Of a stretch of DNA of 64,000 bases, positions 1-10,339 are shown piece after piece. This DNA is from Pseudomonadota bacterium (GTDB taxonomy: Bacteria > Myxococcota_A > UBA9160 > JADFDR01), in assembly GCA_003353845.1 (NCBI GenBank), contig PIVT01000001.1:45760-109759 (forward strand), in the 5' to 3' direction. Made by a program: the position numbers and the translations under genes. The first letter of the stretch is position 1. Each line of letters starts with the position of its first letter. Under the pieces are notes generated by a model, which was given only the letters and a program-made list of their open reading frames with translations, did not search any database and was not told the origin of the DNA.

Positions 1-36
1 AAGAGTGCTATGCGCACGTTGAGGTGGTAGCGAGTT

Positions 37-1296
37 ATGGATCGAATCGTAGTAGTTGGCAGTGGTAGCCCCTTAACGGGTGAAGTGCGGGTCTCGGGAT
101 CCAAAAATTCGACCCTGGCGCTCATGGCGGCCGCTTTGCTCGGCGACGGCGAAACAATCATCCACAACGCGCCACGGGTGCGCGATGTCAGCACCATGAT
201 CCAGATCCTCCAATCGCTGGGTGCTCAGGCCGGTTGGATCGAAGGCGAGAGCAATAGCCTGAGCATTGACACCCGTGGTGTGAACCAGTTTGAAGCGCCT
301 TATGACTTGGTGAGGCAAATGCGGGCTTCCTTCTTGGTGTTGGGCCCCCTTTTGGCTCGGTACGGCCGTGCCCGTGTGTCAGAACCCGGTGGCTGCGCCA
401 TTGGCGTGAGGCCCATTGATCAGCACCTCAAGGCCTTCGAACAACTGGGAGCGGAACTCAGCTTGGATCACGGCTATGTCGAGGCCCATGGCAAATTGAG
501 TGGCACCAGCTTCAGTTTTGACATGGTCACGGTTAACGGGACACAGAACGCAATGATGGCTGCGGTGCTGACGCCGGGCGAGACCATTATGGAGAATTGC
601 GCCCGCGAGCCGGAGGTCATGGAGTTGGCCGCCATGCTCAAGAAAATGGGCGCTGATATTCGTGGGGATGGCACGCAGCACATCGTCATTCGAGGCGTTG
701 AAAAGCTAAAAAGCGTGGAATTTCAGGTGTCTGGCGACCGGATCGAAGCGGGAACGCTCATCGCGGCGGGGATGATTACCAAAGGGGATGTCCGCGTGAC
801 GGGAATCGACCCTGCACTTTTGGGCTCGACCTTGGAAAAGATGCGTGAGGCGGGAGCGATTTTTGACATCGAGAAAGATAATGTACGGGTGCGTATCGGG
901 ACGCCCACCGTGGGAGTCAGCGTGGCCACCGCGCCCTATCCCGGCTTTCCGACGGATATGCAGGCCCAGTTAATGGCAGTTATGACGCTTGCGACGGGAT
1001 CGAGTGTTATTGTAGAGAACGTGTTTGAGAACCGATTTATGCACGTGCCCGAAATGCAGCGCATGGGGGCCGATATTTCGGTGAAGGGGCGCTCCGCCCA
1101 TGTGCGCGGAGTGGAAAAACTCTTAGGGGCCGAGGTGATGGCGACAGATCTTCGCGCTTCGGCCAGCTTGATCGTGGCCGGTCTCGCCGCAGAAGGAGAG
1201 ACAACGGTCAATCGTGTCTATCATATTGACCGCGGTTATGAACGAATTGAAGAGAAGCTCCAAAACTTAGGTGCCGTGATTCGACGGGAGGGGTAG
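37..1296 (+). CDS. murA: UDP-N-acetylglucosamine 1-carboxyvinyltransferase
   Basis: 419-aa ORF. N-terminus GEVRVSGSKNSTLALMAAALL and active-site loop EPGGCAIGVRPIDQHL (catalytic Cys) are MurA hallmarks. Confidence 0.95.
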   Translation: MDRIVVVGSGSPLTGEVRVSGSKNSTLALMAAALLGDGETIIHNAPRVRDVSTMIQILQSLGAQAGWIEGESNSLSIDTRGVNQFEAPYDLVRQMRASFLVLGPLLARYGRARVSEPGGCAIGVRPIDQHLKAFEQLGAELSLDHGYVEAHGKLSGTSFSFDMVTVNGTQNAMMAAVLTPGETIMENCAREPEVMELAAMLKKMGADIRGDGTQHIVIRGVEKLKSVEFQVSGDRIEAGTLIAAGMITKGDVRVTGIDPALLGSTLEKMREAGAIFDIEKDNVRVRIGTPTVGVSVATAPYPGFPTDMQAQLMAVMTLATGSSVIVENVFENRFMHVPEMQRMGADISVKGRSAHVRGVEKLLGAEVMATDLRASASLIVAGLAAEGETTVNRVYHIDRGYERIEEKLQNLGAVIRREG

Positions 1297-1300
1297 AGCG

Positions 1301-2686
1301 ATGGCAGCTCGAGCGAAAAGTAAGGGTATTTTAAGGGTGCTGCAGACTTCGGATGCGGACTTTGAGTCCGCCTTTGCCGAATTCTGTAAGCGGTCCACGG
1401 ACGAAGACGTAAAGGTCGAGAAAACGGTCCGAGATGTTCTCGGCGGCGTACGCAGCGGTGGAGATGAAGCGCTGCTCAAGTTTGTGAAGAAGTACGACGG
1501 CGTCGATTTAAAAGACCTTGAAGTGACAAAGCGGGAATGGGAAGCGGGCATTGAGTTGGTCGATTCGGCGGATCGAGCGGCTTTGGGCAAAGCGGCCACG
1601 CGAGTGCGTAATTTCCACCGTCGACGCATCCCCGGCAGCTGGGAGATTAAAGAGGAAGGCGGCGCGACCTTGGGTCAGCGTGTGCGGCCTTTAGAGCGCG
1701 TGGGTTTGTACGTGCCCGGTGGCAAAGCTTCTTATCCCTCCAGCGTCATTATGAATGCGGTCCCCGCTTCCGTGCTGGAGATCTCCGAGATTGTGATGGC
1801 CACGCCGCCACAACCCGACGGAAGCATTCGTCCCGAGGTGCTCATGGCAGCGCGCCTGGCGGGTGTGCATCGCATTTTCAAAATGGGTGGAGCGCAGGCC
1901 ATCGCGGCCATGGCTTATGGAACCGAGAGTGTGCCGCGGGTTGATAAGGTCGTGGGCCCCGGAAACATTTATGTGGCTACGGCCAAACGCTTCGTCTTCG
2001 GGCAGGTAGGTGTCGATTCCGAAGCCGGTCCCAGTGAAATCTTGATTATCGCTGATAAAACAGCCACGCCCGCATGGGTCGCCGCTGATTTATTGTCCCA
2101 AGCTGAGCACGATGAACTCGCGCGGCCCGTGTTGGTTACGCACGTGAAGGGTATCGCGACCAAAGTGCAGGCTGAGTTGGAAAAGCAATTGAAGAAATTT
2201 GAACGGGCCGCCATTGCCAAGGTGAGCTTGGCAAATTGTGGTGCGGTGATTTTGACCAAGAACCTGGAGGAGTCCATCGCGGTTTCGAACCAGTACGCCC
2301 CGGAGCATCTTTCGCTGTGCATTGATACGCCGGAAGTCGAGGCCAAAATGGTGACCAATGCGGGCGCGATTTTCTTGGGTCACTTTACACCAGAAGCCGT
2401 GGGCGATTACATCGCGGGACCGAGCCATGTCTTGCCCACAGGTGGAACGGCACGCTTCTTCTCGCCCTTGGGTGTAGAAGATTTTGTAAAGCGTATGAGT
2501 GTGATGCGTTTTGAGCCTTCAAAAATGCGTGAATTAGGAGCCGATGTGATGCGCTTGGCTGAAATGGAAGGGCTGCCGGGACACGGAAAATCTATCGAGT
2601 TGCGTTTGGAGAAAATTCGAACCAGCCGTCGTTCACGCGACGAACCCGTGGCCGCAGCAAAGGTGACGGGTAGCGAGAAGGGTTAA
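1301..2686 (+). CDS. hisD: histidinol dehydrogenase
   Basis: 461-aa ORF starting 4 nt after murA. Motifs GGAQAIAAMAYGTESVPRVDKVVGPGNIYVATAKR, SQAEHDE and APEHL match HisD. It has a short basic C-terminal tail beyond the usual end. Confidence 0.95.
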   Translation: MAARAKSKGILRVLQTSDADFESAFAEFCKRSTDEDVKVEKTVRDVLGGVRSGGDEALLKFVKKYDGVDLKDLEVTKREWEAGIELVDSADRAALGKAATRVRNFHRRRIPGSWEIKEEGGATLGQRVRPLERVGLYVPGGKASYPSSVIMNAVPASVLEISEIVMATPPQPDGSIRPEVLMAARLAGVHRIFKMGGAQAIAAMAYGTESVPRVDKVVGPGNIYVATAKRFVFGQVGVDSEAGPSEILIIADKTATPAWVAADLLSQAEHDELARPVLVTHVKGIATKVQAELEKQLKKFERAAIAKVSLANCGAVILTKNLEESIAVSNQYAPEHLSLCIDTPEVEAKMVTNAGAIFLGHFTPEAVGDYIAGPSHVLPTGGTARFFSPLGVEDFVKRMSVMRFEPSKMRELGADVMRLAEMEGLPGHGKSIELRLEKIRTSRRSRDEPVAAAKVTGSEKG

Positions 2687-2697
2687 CGATTACAGAG

Positions 2698-3309
2698 ATG
2701 GGCAGGAGTAAGGAGATGAGCGGCGAGCGGCGAGCAGAAATCGAACGCAAGACCAAGGAGACGGATATCCGTGTCTCTTTGGACTTGGACGGGACGGGTG
2801 TGTACGAAGTTGAAACAGGGATTCCTTTTTTCAACCACATGCTGGAATCCTTCGCCAAGCACGGCTTGTTCGATTTGCGTCTCTTCGCCAAAGGTGATCT
2901 CGACGTTGACCTGCACCACACAGTGGAGGACGTAGGTTTGTCCTTGGGGCAGGCGTTTCGAAATGCCTTGGGTAGTGCCGAGGGCATCACGCGCTTTGGT
3001 AGTTTTGTGTTGCCCATGGCCGAGGCCAAAGTGGAGGTGGCGCTGGACATCTCCAACCGTCCCTTCCTCGTCTATCGCGTTCCGCTGGATAACGCGTGGA
3101 TTGGAACCTTCGATTCCTCTCTGGCAGAGGATTTTTGTATCGCCTTCTCCCAGGCGGCCGGGCTCGATTTGCACATCGACCTGCGTTACGGCGTGAGCCC
3201 GCACCACGTGATTGAGGCTGTCTTCAAGGGCCTGGCACGTGCATTGCGAATTGCCGTAGAGCGCGATTCTCGCGTTCAGGGAGTCCCATCGGTTAAAGGA
3301 GCGTTGTAG
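2698..3309 (+). CDS. hisB: imidazoleglycerol-phosphate dehydratase (monofunctional)
   Basis: 203 aa. Motifs RKTKETDIRVSLDLDG, HHTVEDVGLSLG and SPHHVIEAVFKGLARAL are IGPD signatures. An in-frame ATG at 2716 is an alternative start. Confidence 0.93.
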   Translation: MGRSKEMSGERRAEIERKTKETDIRVSLDLDGTGVYEVETGIPFFNHMLESFAKHGLFDLRLFAKGDLDVDLHHTVEDVGLSLGQAFRNALGSAEGITRFGSFVLPMAEAKVEVALDISNRPFLVYRVPLDNAWIGTFDSSLAEDFCIAFSQAAGLDLHIDLRYGVSPHHVIEAVFKGLARALRIAVERDSRVQGVPSVKGAL

Positions 3310-3312
3310 GTT

Positions 3313-3960
3313 ATGTCCGCACCAATTGAGGTAGCCGTCGTGGACTACGGCGCTGGAAACCTGCGCAGTGTGGCCAAGGCCTTGGAGCGCTCGGGCTTGG
3401 CGCCCGTGATTGTGAGCGATCCGGAAGCTGTGCGAGCGGCTGATGCCATTGTTCTGCCCGGGGTGGGTGCCTTTCCTGACGCTGTCGCCAGTTTGCAGAA
3501 AAATGGTCTTGACCAAGCCCTGTGTGAACAGATCCGCGGAGGCACGCCTTACCTGGGCCTGTGCCTGGGCTTGCAACTCTTGTTTGAAGAGAGTGACGAG
3601 CACGGCAACGCCAAAGGCTTTGGAATTTTCAACGGTCGGGTAGAGCGTTTTCCCAAATCCAACCCCGATGGGTCGACCTTGCGAGTTCCTCACATCGGCT
3701 GGAACGAAGTGGTCTTTGAGGGAACGCACCCCATGGTGACGAAGTTGCCGGCCAGCGATTATTTCTACTTTGTGCACTCCTATTACGCAGTTCCCAGCCA
3801 GGAATCGCTCATTGCGGGGCGCGCAGATTACGCGGGCCCCTTCACGGCAGCCGTAGCGAAGGACAACATCTTTGCCGTGCAGTGTCACCCTGAGAAAAGC
3901 CAGTGGGCGGGCAAGCGGCTATTAGACGCCTTTGCCGCCTGGCTGGCGTCGGGCGCTTAG
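3313..3960 (+). CDS. hisH: imidazole glycerol phosphate synthase, glutamine amidotransferase subunit
   Basis: 215 aa. Shows the class-I GATase triad context (GLCLGLQLL, HSYY, QCHPEKS), a typical HisH N-terminus, and lies between hisB and hisF. Confidence 0.95.
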   Translation: MSAPIEVAVVDYGAGNLRSVAKALERSGLAPVIVSDPEAVRAADAIVLPGVGAFPDAVASLQKNGLDQALCEQIRGGTPYLGLCLGLQLLFEESDEHGNAKGFGIFNGRVERFPKSNPDGSTLRVPHIGWNEVVFEGTHPMVTKLPASDYFYFVHSYYAVPSQESLIAGRADYAGPFTAAVAKDNIFAVQCHPEKSQWAGKRLLDAFAAWLASGA

Positions 3961-3987
3961 CTTTCAGGCTGTCCCGGAGGTACCACC

Positions 3988-4788
3988 TTGCTTCAAAAAC
4001 GCATCATTCCCTGTCTTGATGTCGACAAAGGACGTGTCGTCAAAGGGGTTCAGTACGTAGATCACGTAGACGCGGGGGATCCCGTGGAGGTGGCTCTGCG
4101 CTATGAGGGCCAGGAAGCCGATGAAATCACCTTCTTGGACATCACAGCCAGCCACGAGGAGCGCGGCATCTTGCTCGATGTGGTTTCGCGCACGGCAGAG
4201 ACGGTCTTTATGCCGCTCACAGTGGGTGGTGGTGTCCGCGCCTTGCAGGATATTCGCGATTTACTCAACGCGGGCGCCGACAAAGTGTCCATCATGACGG
4301 CGGCCATTCACGACCCCGATTTGGTGAACGAGGCTGCGGCCAAGATCGGCAGCGCCAACTTGGTGCTGGCCATTGACGCCAAGCGCGTCCAGGGCAAGAA
4401 CGCTGAAGAACCGCCGAGTTGGGAGATTTTTACCCATGGTGGGCGCAATCCGACAGGAATCGACGCCGTAGGCTGGGCCATGCGTATGGCCGAGGCGGGG
4501 GCAGGGGAAATTCTGCTTACCAGTATGGATCGAGACGGCATGTGCGACGGTTACGATCTGGAATTCGTTCGGGCCGTCTCAGACGCTGTTCCCATCCCCG
4601 TGATTGCCTCGGGCGGGGGCGGCAATGCTGAAGATCTGGCGGCTGCCCTGGACGATGGACCCCAGGGAGGCCATGCCCAGGCGGCTTTGGCGGCCTCTAT
4701 CTTCCATTTTGGCCAAACCACGGTCAAAGAGGTGAAAGAGCGCCTGCGAGAGCTAGGAATTCCAGTCCGGCCCTGTACCCATTCTTGA
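3988..4788 (+). CDS. hisF: imidazole glycerol phosphate synthase, cyclase subunit
   Basis: 266 aa. The N-terminus [12 protein letters not shown] and the motifs GGGVR, TSMDRDG and ASGGGG match HisF. TTG start at 3988 is preceded by GGAGG (3975-3979). Confidence 0.95.
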   Translation: MLQKRIIPCLDVDKGRVVKGVQYVDHVDAGDPVEVALRYEGQEADEITFLDITASHEERGILLDVVSRTAETVFMPLTVGGGVRALQDIRDLLNAGADKVSIMTAAIHDPDLVNEAAAKIGSANLVLAIDAKRVQGKNAEEPPSWEIFTHGGRNPTGIDAVGWAMRMAEAGAGEILLTSMDRDGMCDGYDLEFVRAVSDAVPIPVIASGGGGNAEDLAAALDDGPQGGHAQAALAASIFHFGQTTVKEVKERLRELGIPVRPCTHS

Positions 4789-4941
4789 TGTAGAAACTGG
4801 GTGCGCTAGCATGGGCTGCTCCGATTATCCCGCTGGGCGGGAAGTCCCAGTGGTTCGCGATGGAAAGCATCGCTGAATACGTACTGAAATAAGAACGCTC
4901 CAAGAGCGTCAACCATGGTTCGAAAGGCAAAAGTGATTTAA

Positions 4942-5139
4942 ATGACCCTGATTAAACTTAAGGACAATGAGTCCTTCGAAGGCGCGATCAAGCGCTTCAA
5001 AAAGTCCTGCGAGAAGGCCGGCATCATCTCCGAACTCCGACGACGTGAATACTATGACAAGCCGAGCATCCGCAAGAAGAAGAAAGAGATTGCCGCCCGC
5101 AAGCGAGCGCAAAAGAAAATCAGAAGGCAGGTTGTCTAG
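4942..5139 (+). CDS. rpsU: 30S ribosomal protein S21
   Basis: 65 aa, very basic. [33 protein letters not shown] is the S21 signature. It sits directly upstream of dnaG. Confidence 0.95.
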   Translation: MTLIKLKDNESFEGAIKRFKKSCEKAGIISELRRREYYDKPSIRKKKKEIAARKRAQKKIRRQVV

Positions 5140-5172
5140 CGAGGGAGAAAAGGTGCGCAGGAGAGAACGCTG

Positions 5173-6933
5173 GTGAGTCTGATCCCCGAAGAGGTCACTC
5201 GAGAGATCAGGGACCGAATCAATATTGTCGACCTCATCGGGCGTTACGTAACCCTCAAGAAAGCGGGCTCAAACTACAAGGGACTCTGTCCCTTCCACAA
5301 CGAAAAATCCCCTTCTTTCAATGTCAATTTAGATCGTCAGATTTTTCACTGCTTTGGCTGTGGTGAAGGCGGCGATGTCATCGGGTTTCTCATGCGCCAT
5401 GAGAACCTTAGTTTTCCCGAGGCTGCACGCAGCCTGGCGGGTGAACTGGGCATTGAAATTCCCGAAAACAATCAGAACTCCCGCGAAGCGTCCACCGACG
5501 ATCTTTTCCGCGCCAATGAGATTGCGCTGAGTTTGTTTCGATCGGCACTGCGCAGCACCGAGGCCACAGCCGCTCGGGAATATCTAAAAAATCGTGGATT
5601 CGATGGCAGCTTGGCAGACGAATTCGAGATGGGTTTCGCCCCGGACAGTTGGGACACCCTCGCCAAGGCCTTGAGCAAAGCCAGTATCCCCGCCGCCCAG
5701 GGAGTGCGCGCCGGACTGTTGGTCGAGCGCAAGAGTGGCGGACATTACGATCGGTTCCGCGGGCGCTTGATGTTCCCCATTCGCGATGTGCGCAATCGGG
5801 TCGTGGGCTTTGGCGGTCGCGCCTTGGCTGCCGATCAAGATCCCAAATACCTCAACACGGCGGAGACACCGATTTTCCATAAGAGCGCCTTGTTCTATGG
5901 CCTCCCTGCGGCCCTGGAACCCATGCGCCGAAACTCGCGTGCGGTGGTCGTCGAGGGATATTTCGATCAGATCGCCATGTGCCGTGCCAGTGTTGGCGAG
6001 AGCGTCGCCACCTGTGGCACGGCGCTCACGGAAGCGCATGGTGCCAATCTGCGCAGGCGAGCCCCCACCGTCGTCTTGGTTTTCGATGGTGACGATGCGG
6101 GACAAAAGGCCATGGAAAAAGCCCTGGCAGTTTTATTGCCTAACGGCTTGCGCGTGCGTGCAGTGCTGCTTCCGACGGGAGACGATCCGGACACCTACCT
6201 CAAGCGGGAGGGCGCCGAGGCTTTGAAGGAACTGGTGGACGCGGCACCACCCGCGCTGGAGCTGATGATGCAGCGCGTTGTTGGAAAAGGTTGCTCGACG
6301 CCCTGGCAGAAAGCAGATGCGGTAAACGCGGTGGTTCCCTTTCTGACACGAGTAAGTGATGTCGTGGAGCGGGCAAACTACATCCATCGATTGGCGTTGA
6401 TGACGGATACGCCTGAAAGCGGTGTAACGCGAGCTGTACGGGCTGCAGAGCAGGGGAAAACCTGGGACGGTGCCGAAACCATGCCGAAGAACCCCCAAAA
6501 GGAGACAGCAGAGGCCCGACGTTGTCGCGAATTTGCAAAATTGCTTTTGGATTACCCGGAACATATCAGTGTTTATTTAACACCGGAAACCATAGATCTT
6601 ATACCCGGGGGTTTCTGGAACCGTTTTTTTACAGCTATGTTTGAGCTATCGTCACAAGGAGAATGCATCGATGCACAAACGCTTTCCAATGCCTTGCAAC
6701 CCGAGGAAGGAAAGCAAGTCCTGGCGTTTCTAATGGATCACACACCTGAACTCGACGGAGTGCAGGTGGTAGGACAGATCGAAGCAAATCTGAAGTGGCT
6801 TAAGGATCGACACAGTCAAGAAATGCGACGTGTCGTTACCGCAAGGGTTCGGGCAAACCCTGAAGCAGACGCCGACGTGTTGGCAGAGAAACAACGCCAG
6901 CTGGAAGAGAGGCGTAAAGCACAGGGAGTTTGA
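5173..6933 (+). CDS. dnaG: DNA primase
   Basis: 586 aa with a GTG start. Has the zinc ribbon CPFHNEKSPSFNVNLDRQIFHCFGCGEGG, a Toprim region (VVVEGYFD, VLVFDGDDAG), and the rpsU-dnaG-rpoD context. Confidence 0.95.
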   Translation: MSLIPEEVTREIRDRINIVDLIGRYVTLKKAGSNYKGLCPFHNEKSPSFNVNLDRQIFHCFGCGEGGDVIGFLMRHENLSFPEAARSLAGELGIEIPENNQNSREASTDDLFRANEIALSLFRSALRSTEATAAREYLKNRGFDGSLADEFEMGFAPDSWDTLAKALSKASIPAAQGVRAGLLVERKSGGHYDRFRGRLMFPIRDVRNRVVGFGGRALAADQDPKYLNTAETPIFHKSALFYGLPAALEPMRRNSRAVVVEGYFDQIAMCRASVGESVATCGTALTEAHGANLRRRAPTVVLVFDGDDAGQKAMEKALAVLLPNGLRVRAVLLPTGDDPDTYLKREGAEALKELVDAAPPALELMMQRVVGKGCSTPWQKADAVNAVVPFLTRVSDVVERANYIHRLALMTDTPESGVTRAVRAAEQGKTWDGAETMPKNPQKETAEARRCREFAKLLLDYPEHISVYLTPETIDLIPGGFWNRFFTAMFELSSQGECIDAQTLSNALQPEEGKQVLAFLMDHTPELDGVQVVGQIEANLKWLKDRHSQEMRRVVTARVRANPEADADVLAEKQRQLEERRKAQGV

Positions 6934-7002
6934 ACTAACTTTCTTCAGTCGCGCAGTGCAGGGCGCGCGCGAGGCTGAAGACAAGCTAGTGGGGATGCTC
7001 TA

Positions 7003-8877
7003 GTGAGTGCACGGTCGTCGATGGGTGGTACGGGGCGCGAAGATGGAAACTCGGCAGCGAAAGGGCAGAGACGAAGGGTGAGTCGTAGCTCCTCTAAAAA
7101 CTCTGAAAGCACCGAAGAACAAAAATCAACGCAGGGACTAACGATTCTAAGAGACCTGATCAAGCAGGGTCAGAGAGAAGGCTCGCTCACGCTTGATGAA
7201 GTTCACGCCGCCCTCCAAGAACAGACGCTTACTGCGGATCAATTCGACGATGTGTTAGAAGCCTTGTCCCAGAAAGGGGTTGAGGTGAACGATGAGCCCC
7301 GCGACTCCGACGGGGCGTCAAAAGATGACCTGCAATTTTTTCAACAGACGGCTACCCGAGAAAAAGTTTCCGCGCCGACTCCATTGGTCGGAGAGGCACC
7401 TTCCAACGATCCCATCCGTGTGTATCTCCGAGAGATGGGGCGTGTTTCCCTGCTGACGCGCGAAGGTGAAGTGCTAATCGCCAAACGCATCGAAGCGGGA
7501 CAGCACGATCAAGCCCGAGCCGTGCTTGGCACGCCCTATGGTTTGTACTCTCTTCTAGTAACGGAAGGGCGACTCAAGTTGGGAGATCTCGACATACGAG
7601 ATGTCATTGAGGGCATCGAACTCGAAGCCACTGAAGAAAGATTGCAGGACGCACATACTTTGTTCGTCGAGACGGCCAAGGAAGTTCGTGAAATCGAAAA
7701 GAAGATCAAGCGCAAGCAGCGTTCGCTGGGGCATCCGCGCACGGGGAAAGAGGCGTGCGATCGTTTGCGAGGCGAACTGGGCACCCTGTATGGGGAAGCG
7801 GTTTCCAAGATGCTCGACATTCGCTTTTCGCGAAAATGCATGCGTTCCATCAGCTCCGCGATGCAAATTCTCTCTAACGAAATGTCCAATTGCCTGGATG
7901 AACTCCGTCGTTTGGAGCGCGAACAAAACGCGACACCGGAGGAACTTGAGCGACTGCAGCGAATCGAAGCCAAGCACCGAGGTCAGCGAAGAGTAGTGAA
8001 TCTTGAAGAGGAGCTAAGCGCGCGACCTTCAGTCGAGGAAAGAATCGCAGCCGTACACGAACGGTTGACGCAGCTCGAAGCCGATGCCTTGATGTCTAGA
8101 ACTGAAGTGGATGATGCCTTGGCGCGTCACGCCATCGCAGAGATTCGCGCGCACGAAGCCAAGGGCGAACTGGTCGAGGCCAACTTGCGTTTGGTGGTAT
8201 CCATCGCCAAGCGTTACACAAACCGCGGTTTGCAATTCCTGGACTTGATCCAAGAGGGAAATATTGGCTTGATGAAAGCCGTGGAGAAATTCGAATACCA
8301 GCGCGGCTATAAGTTCTCAACCTATGCGACATGGTGGATTCGTCAGGCCATTACGCGCGCGATCGCCGATCAAGCGCGCACGATTCGAATTCCCGTCCAT
8401 ATGATCGAGACGATTAACAAGCTCGTGCGCACCAGTCGGTCCTTGGTGCAGCGCCTGGGTCGGGAACCCACGCCTGAAGAGTTGGCCGTCCGGATGGAAC
8501 TGTCCGTTGAGAAAATTCGCATGGTGATGAAGATTGCCAAGGAGCCCATCAGCCTCGAAACGCCAGTGGGCGAAGAAGATGATAGTCATTTGGTGGATTT
8601 CATCGAAGACAAGAATGCCGTGGACCCACAAGTGGCGGTCATCGAACAAAACCTGGCTAAGCACACCGAAGAAGTGCTTGCGACACTGGGCCCTCGTGAA
8701 GAGCGTGTGCTCAAGATGCGCTTTGGTATTGGCGAGCGCACCAATCGTACTTTGGAGGAAGTGGGGCAAGACTTTGACGTCACGCGCGAGCGCATTCGTC
8801 AGATTGAGGCCAAGGCCTTGCGCAAGCTACGGCACCCCAGCCGCAGCCGCGTGCTGAAGAGCTTCGTCGAAAACTAA
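7003..8877 (+). CDS. rpoD: RNA polymerase primary sigma factor (sigma-70)
   Basis: 624 aa. Region 2 is [74 protein letters not shown]. Region 4 is [29 protein letters not shown]. Confidence 0.96.
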   Translation: MSARSSMGGTGREDGNSAAKGQRRRVSRSSSKNSESTEEQKSTQGLTILRDLIKQGQREGSLTLDEVHAALQEQTLTADQFDDVLEALSQKGVEVNDEPRDSDGASKDDLQFFQQTATREKVSAPTPLVGEAPSNDPIRVYLREMGRVSLLTREGEVLIAKRIEAGQHDQARAVLGTPYGLYSLLVTEGRLKLGDLDIRDVIEGIELEATEERLQDAHTLFVETAKEVREIEKKIKRKQRSLGHPRTGKEACDRLRGELGTLYGEAVSKMLDIRFSRKCMRSISSAMQILSNEMSNCLDELRRLEREQNATPEELERLQRIEAKHRGQRRVVNLEEELSARPSVEERIAAVHERLTQLEADALMSRTEVDDALARHAIAEIRAHEAKGELVEANLRLVVSIAKRYTNRGLQFLDLIQEGNIGLMKAVEKFEYQRGYKFSTYATWWIRQAITRAIADQARTIRIPVHMIETINKLVRTSRSLVQRLGREPTPEELAVRMELSVEKIRMVMKIAKEPISLETPVGEEDDSHLVDFIEDKNAVDPQVAVIEQNLAKHTEEVLATLGPREERVLKMRFGIGERTNRTLEEVGQDFDVTRERIRQIEAKALRKLRHPSRSRVLKSFVEN

Positions 8878-8909
8878 GAGCTGAAAACTAAGAGACGAGA
8901 ACTAAAAGA

Positions 8910-10313
8910 TCAGCCTTCTTCGTCTACCTTGTGGCGAGCCAGCCAGCTTTGGAGGTTCTCGCCAAAGCCGATCTCCTCGTGTCGCTTGGCCACTTTTTCG
9001 AGAACGGTGGAGAGCTGCTGCTGACTGATAGGGTCCTGTGCCTGAATGTGGTCAGCCATGGCTTCTGCGGCTTCTCCCACTCGATTGGCGATTTCTTCGC
9101 CAATGCCCATACCGCCGCCAGCATCCTCGCTAAGGCCTAGATAATTTTCAGCCGTGTGTTTTGCAATATGCCCCGCGTGTTTGCGCGACGCGATGATATT
9201 GCCCTTGCCCGTGACCACGTTCCCCGCACCAAACACCGTGGGGTAAGCGGCCAGGGTTCCCAGATCCCAGTCGGTAAAGGCGAAGAGATCGCCTTTCATT
9301 TCAATGCCCGGAATGGCTTCGGGGACGCTGCCAATGGAACTGACGACCATGGGTGTCTCTATGTCGAAGCTTTCGTCGGTGGCGACGGGCCTTCCATTCT
9401 CCATGCGTGTTCGGCGCATGGTAAGACCTGTGAGTTGGCCGTTGTCTGAGAGGATGGCTTCAGGTGTGCACAGGGGTTTGACGTCGAAGAGGAATTTTTT
9501 TTGTGCTTTCTCGACCATGCGCAGGCGTGCAGTTTCCATTTTTTTAATACGCGCGGCGTCGGCGCCTTCGGGGGTGGTCATAATGGGCATGTCTTCAATT
9601 CGGCGCCGGTACACCAAGGTGCAGGCCTTGCATCCAAGGTCTTCCCAGGTGAGGTCGTGTTCTGCCAGAGCTTTGGGAATGCCCTTGTGCTCCATTTCCA
9701 CGGTCGACACGTGAATGCCGCGCTCCGCCAAGGCACGGCTTGCCAATTCCAAGTTGATGATCTTGAGCATGTCGATGGAGGCGAGTCCGCCGCCGACCAC
9801 GATGGCTCCTTCGCGGATGTCGCACTGAGGGCCCTCGTAGTCCGCTTCTTGATAATGATTGTACCAGCGCAAGAAAGGATTCTGGTACACAAGTCCCTTG
9901 CCAACGAAATCCTCAGCGCCTTCCACAGCCAGGGCACGATCGCTCCACGCGCCACAGGCCAGGATGACGGCATTGAATCCCCAGTTCTGCGTCAGGTCGG
10001 CGAAGTCGAGGTCTTGACCTATTTTTGTGTTGGGAACGAAATGGATTTTCTCATGGGCGAGCTTCCCTTCGATGGAAGCGTATTCCTTGTTTCGCTGTGC
10101 GGCGTGCCAGCGTGGCAAGCCATCTTCAATCTTCCCGAAAGGGCGTGGGTTTTGTTCAAGGATGACGGCAGTGATACCGCGTTGAGCCAGTCGATGGGCT
10201 ACTTCGGTGCCGGCACAGGCCCCTCCGATAATTGCCACTGCGTAGGAAGAGGTGTTCGTCGTAGGTTGATCAGTCATGGGCGCGATGGTGACAGTTTTTT
10301 CGTCGTCTCTCAA
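8910..10313 (-). CDS. FAD/NAD(P)-binding oxidoreductase (GltD / adrenodoxin-reductase-like)
   Basis: 467 aa. N-terminal dinucleotide fold VAIIGGACAGTEVAHRLAQRGITAVILEQ and a second fold AIVVGGGLASIDMLK. The exact function is not assignable from motifs. Confidence 0.55.
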   Translation of the reverse strand: MRDDEKTVTIAPMTDQPTTNTSSYAVAIIGGACAGTEVAHRLAQRGITAVILEQNPRPFGKIEDGLPRWHAAQRNKEYASIEGKLAHEKIHFVPNTKIGQDLDFADLTQNWGFNAVILACGAWSDRALAVEGAEDFVGKGLVYQNPFLRWYNHYQEADYEGPQCDIREGAIVVGGGLASIDMLKIINLELASRALAERGIHVSTVEMEHKGIPKALAEHDLTWEDLGCKACTLVYRRRIEDMPIMTTPEGADAARIKKMETARLRMVEKAQKKFLFDVKPLCTPEAILSDNGQLTGLTMRRTRMENGRPVATDESFDIETPMVVSSIGSVPEAIPGIEMKGDLFAFTDWDLGTLAAYPTVFGAGNVVTGKGNIIASRKHAGHIAKHTAENYLGLSEDAGGGMGIGEEIANRVGEAAEAMADHIQAQDPISQQQLSTVLEKVAKRHEEIGFGENLQSWLARHKVDEEG

Positions 10314-10339
10314 TGTGAGAGAGGGGTTTGGTGATTCTT

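Noticed and set aside
2683-3888. Long antisense ORFs opposite well-supported genes. Examples are 2683..3888 (-) against hisB/hisH, 20468..21409 (-) against sppA, 26471..27175 (-), 36620..37612 (-) and 38099..39076 (-) against the carboxylase, 39949..40803 (+) against argD, 46481..47473 (+) against thiC, 49436..50668 (+), and 62926..63741 (-).
   Set aside because: These are shadow ORFs typical of GC-rich DNA. Their translations are low-complexity (rich in Arg, Gly, His and Gln) with no recognisable motifs. In each case the opposite strand encodes a protein with strong family signatures.
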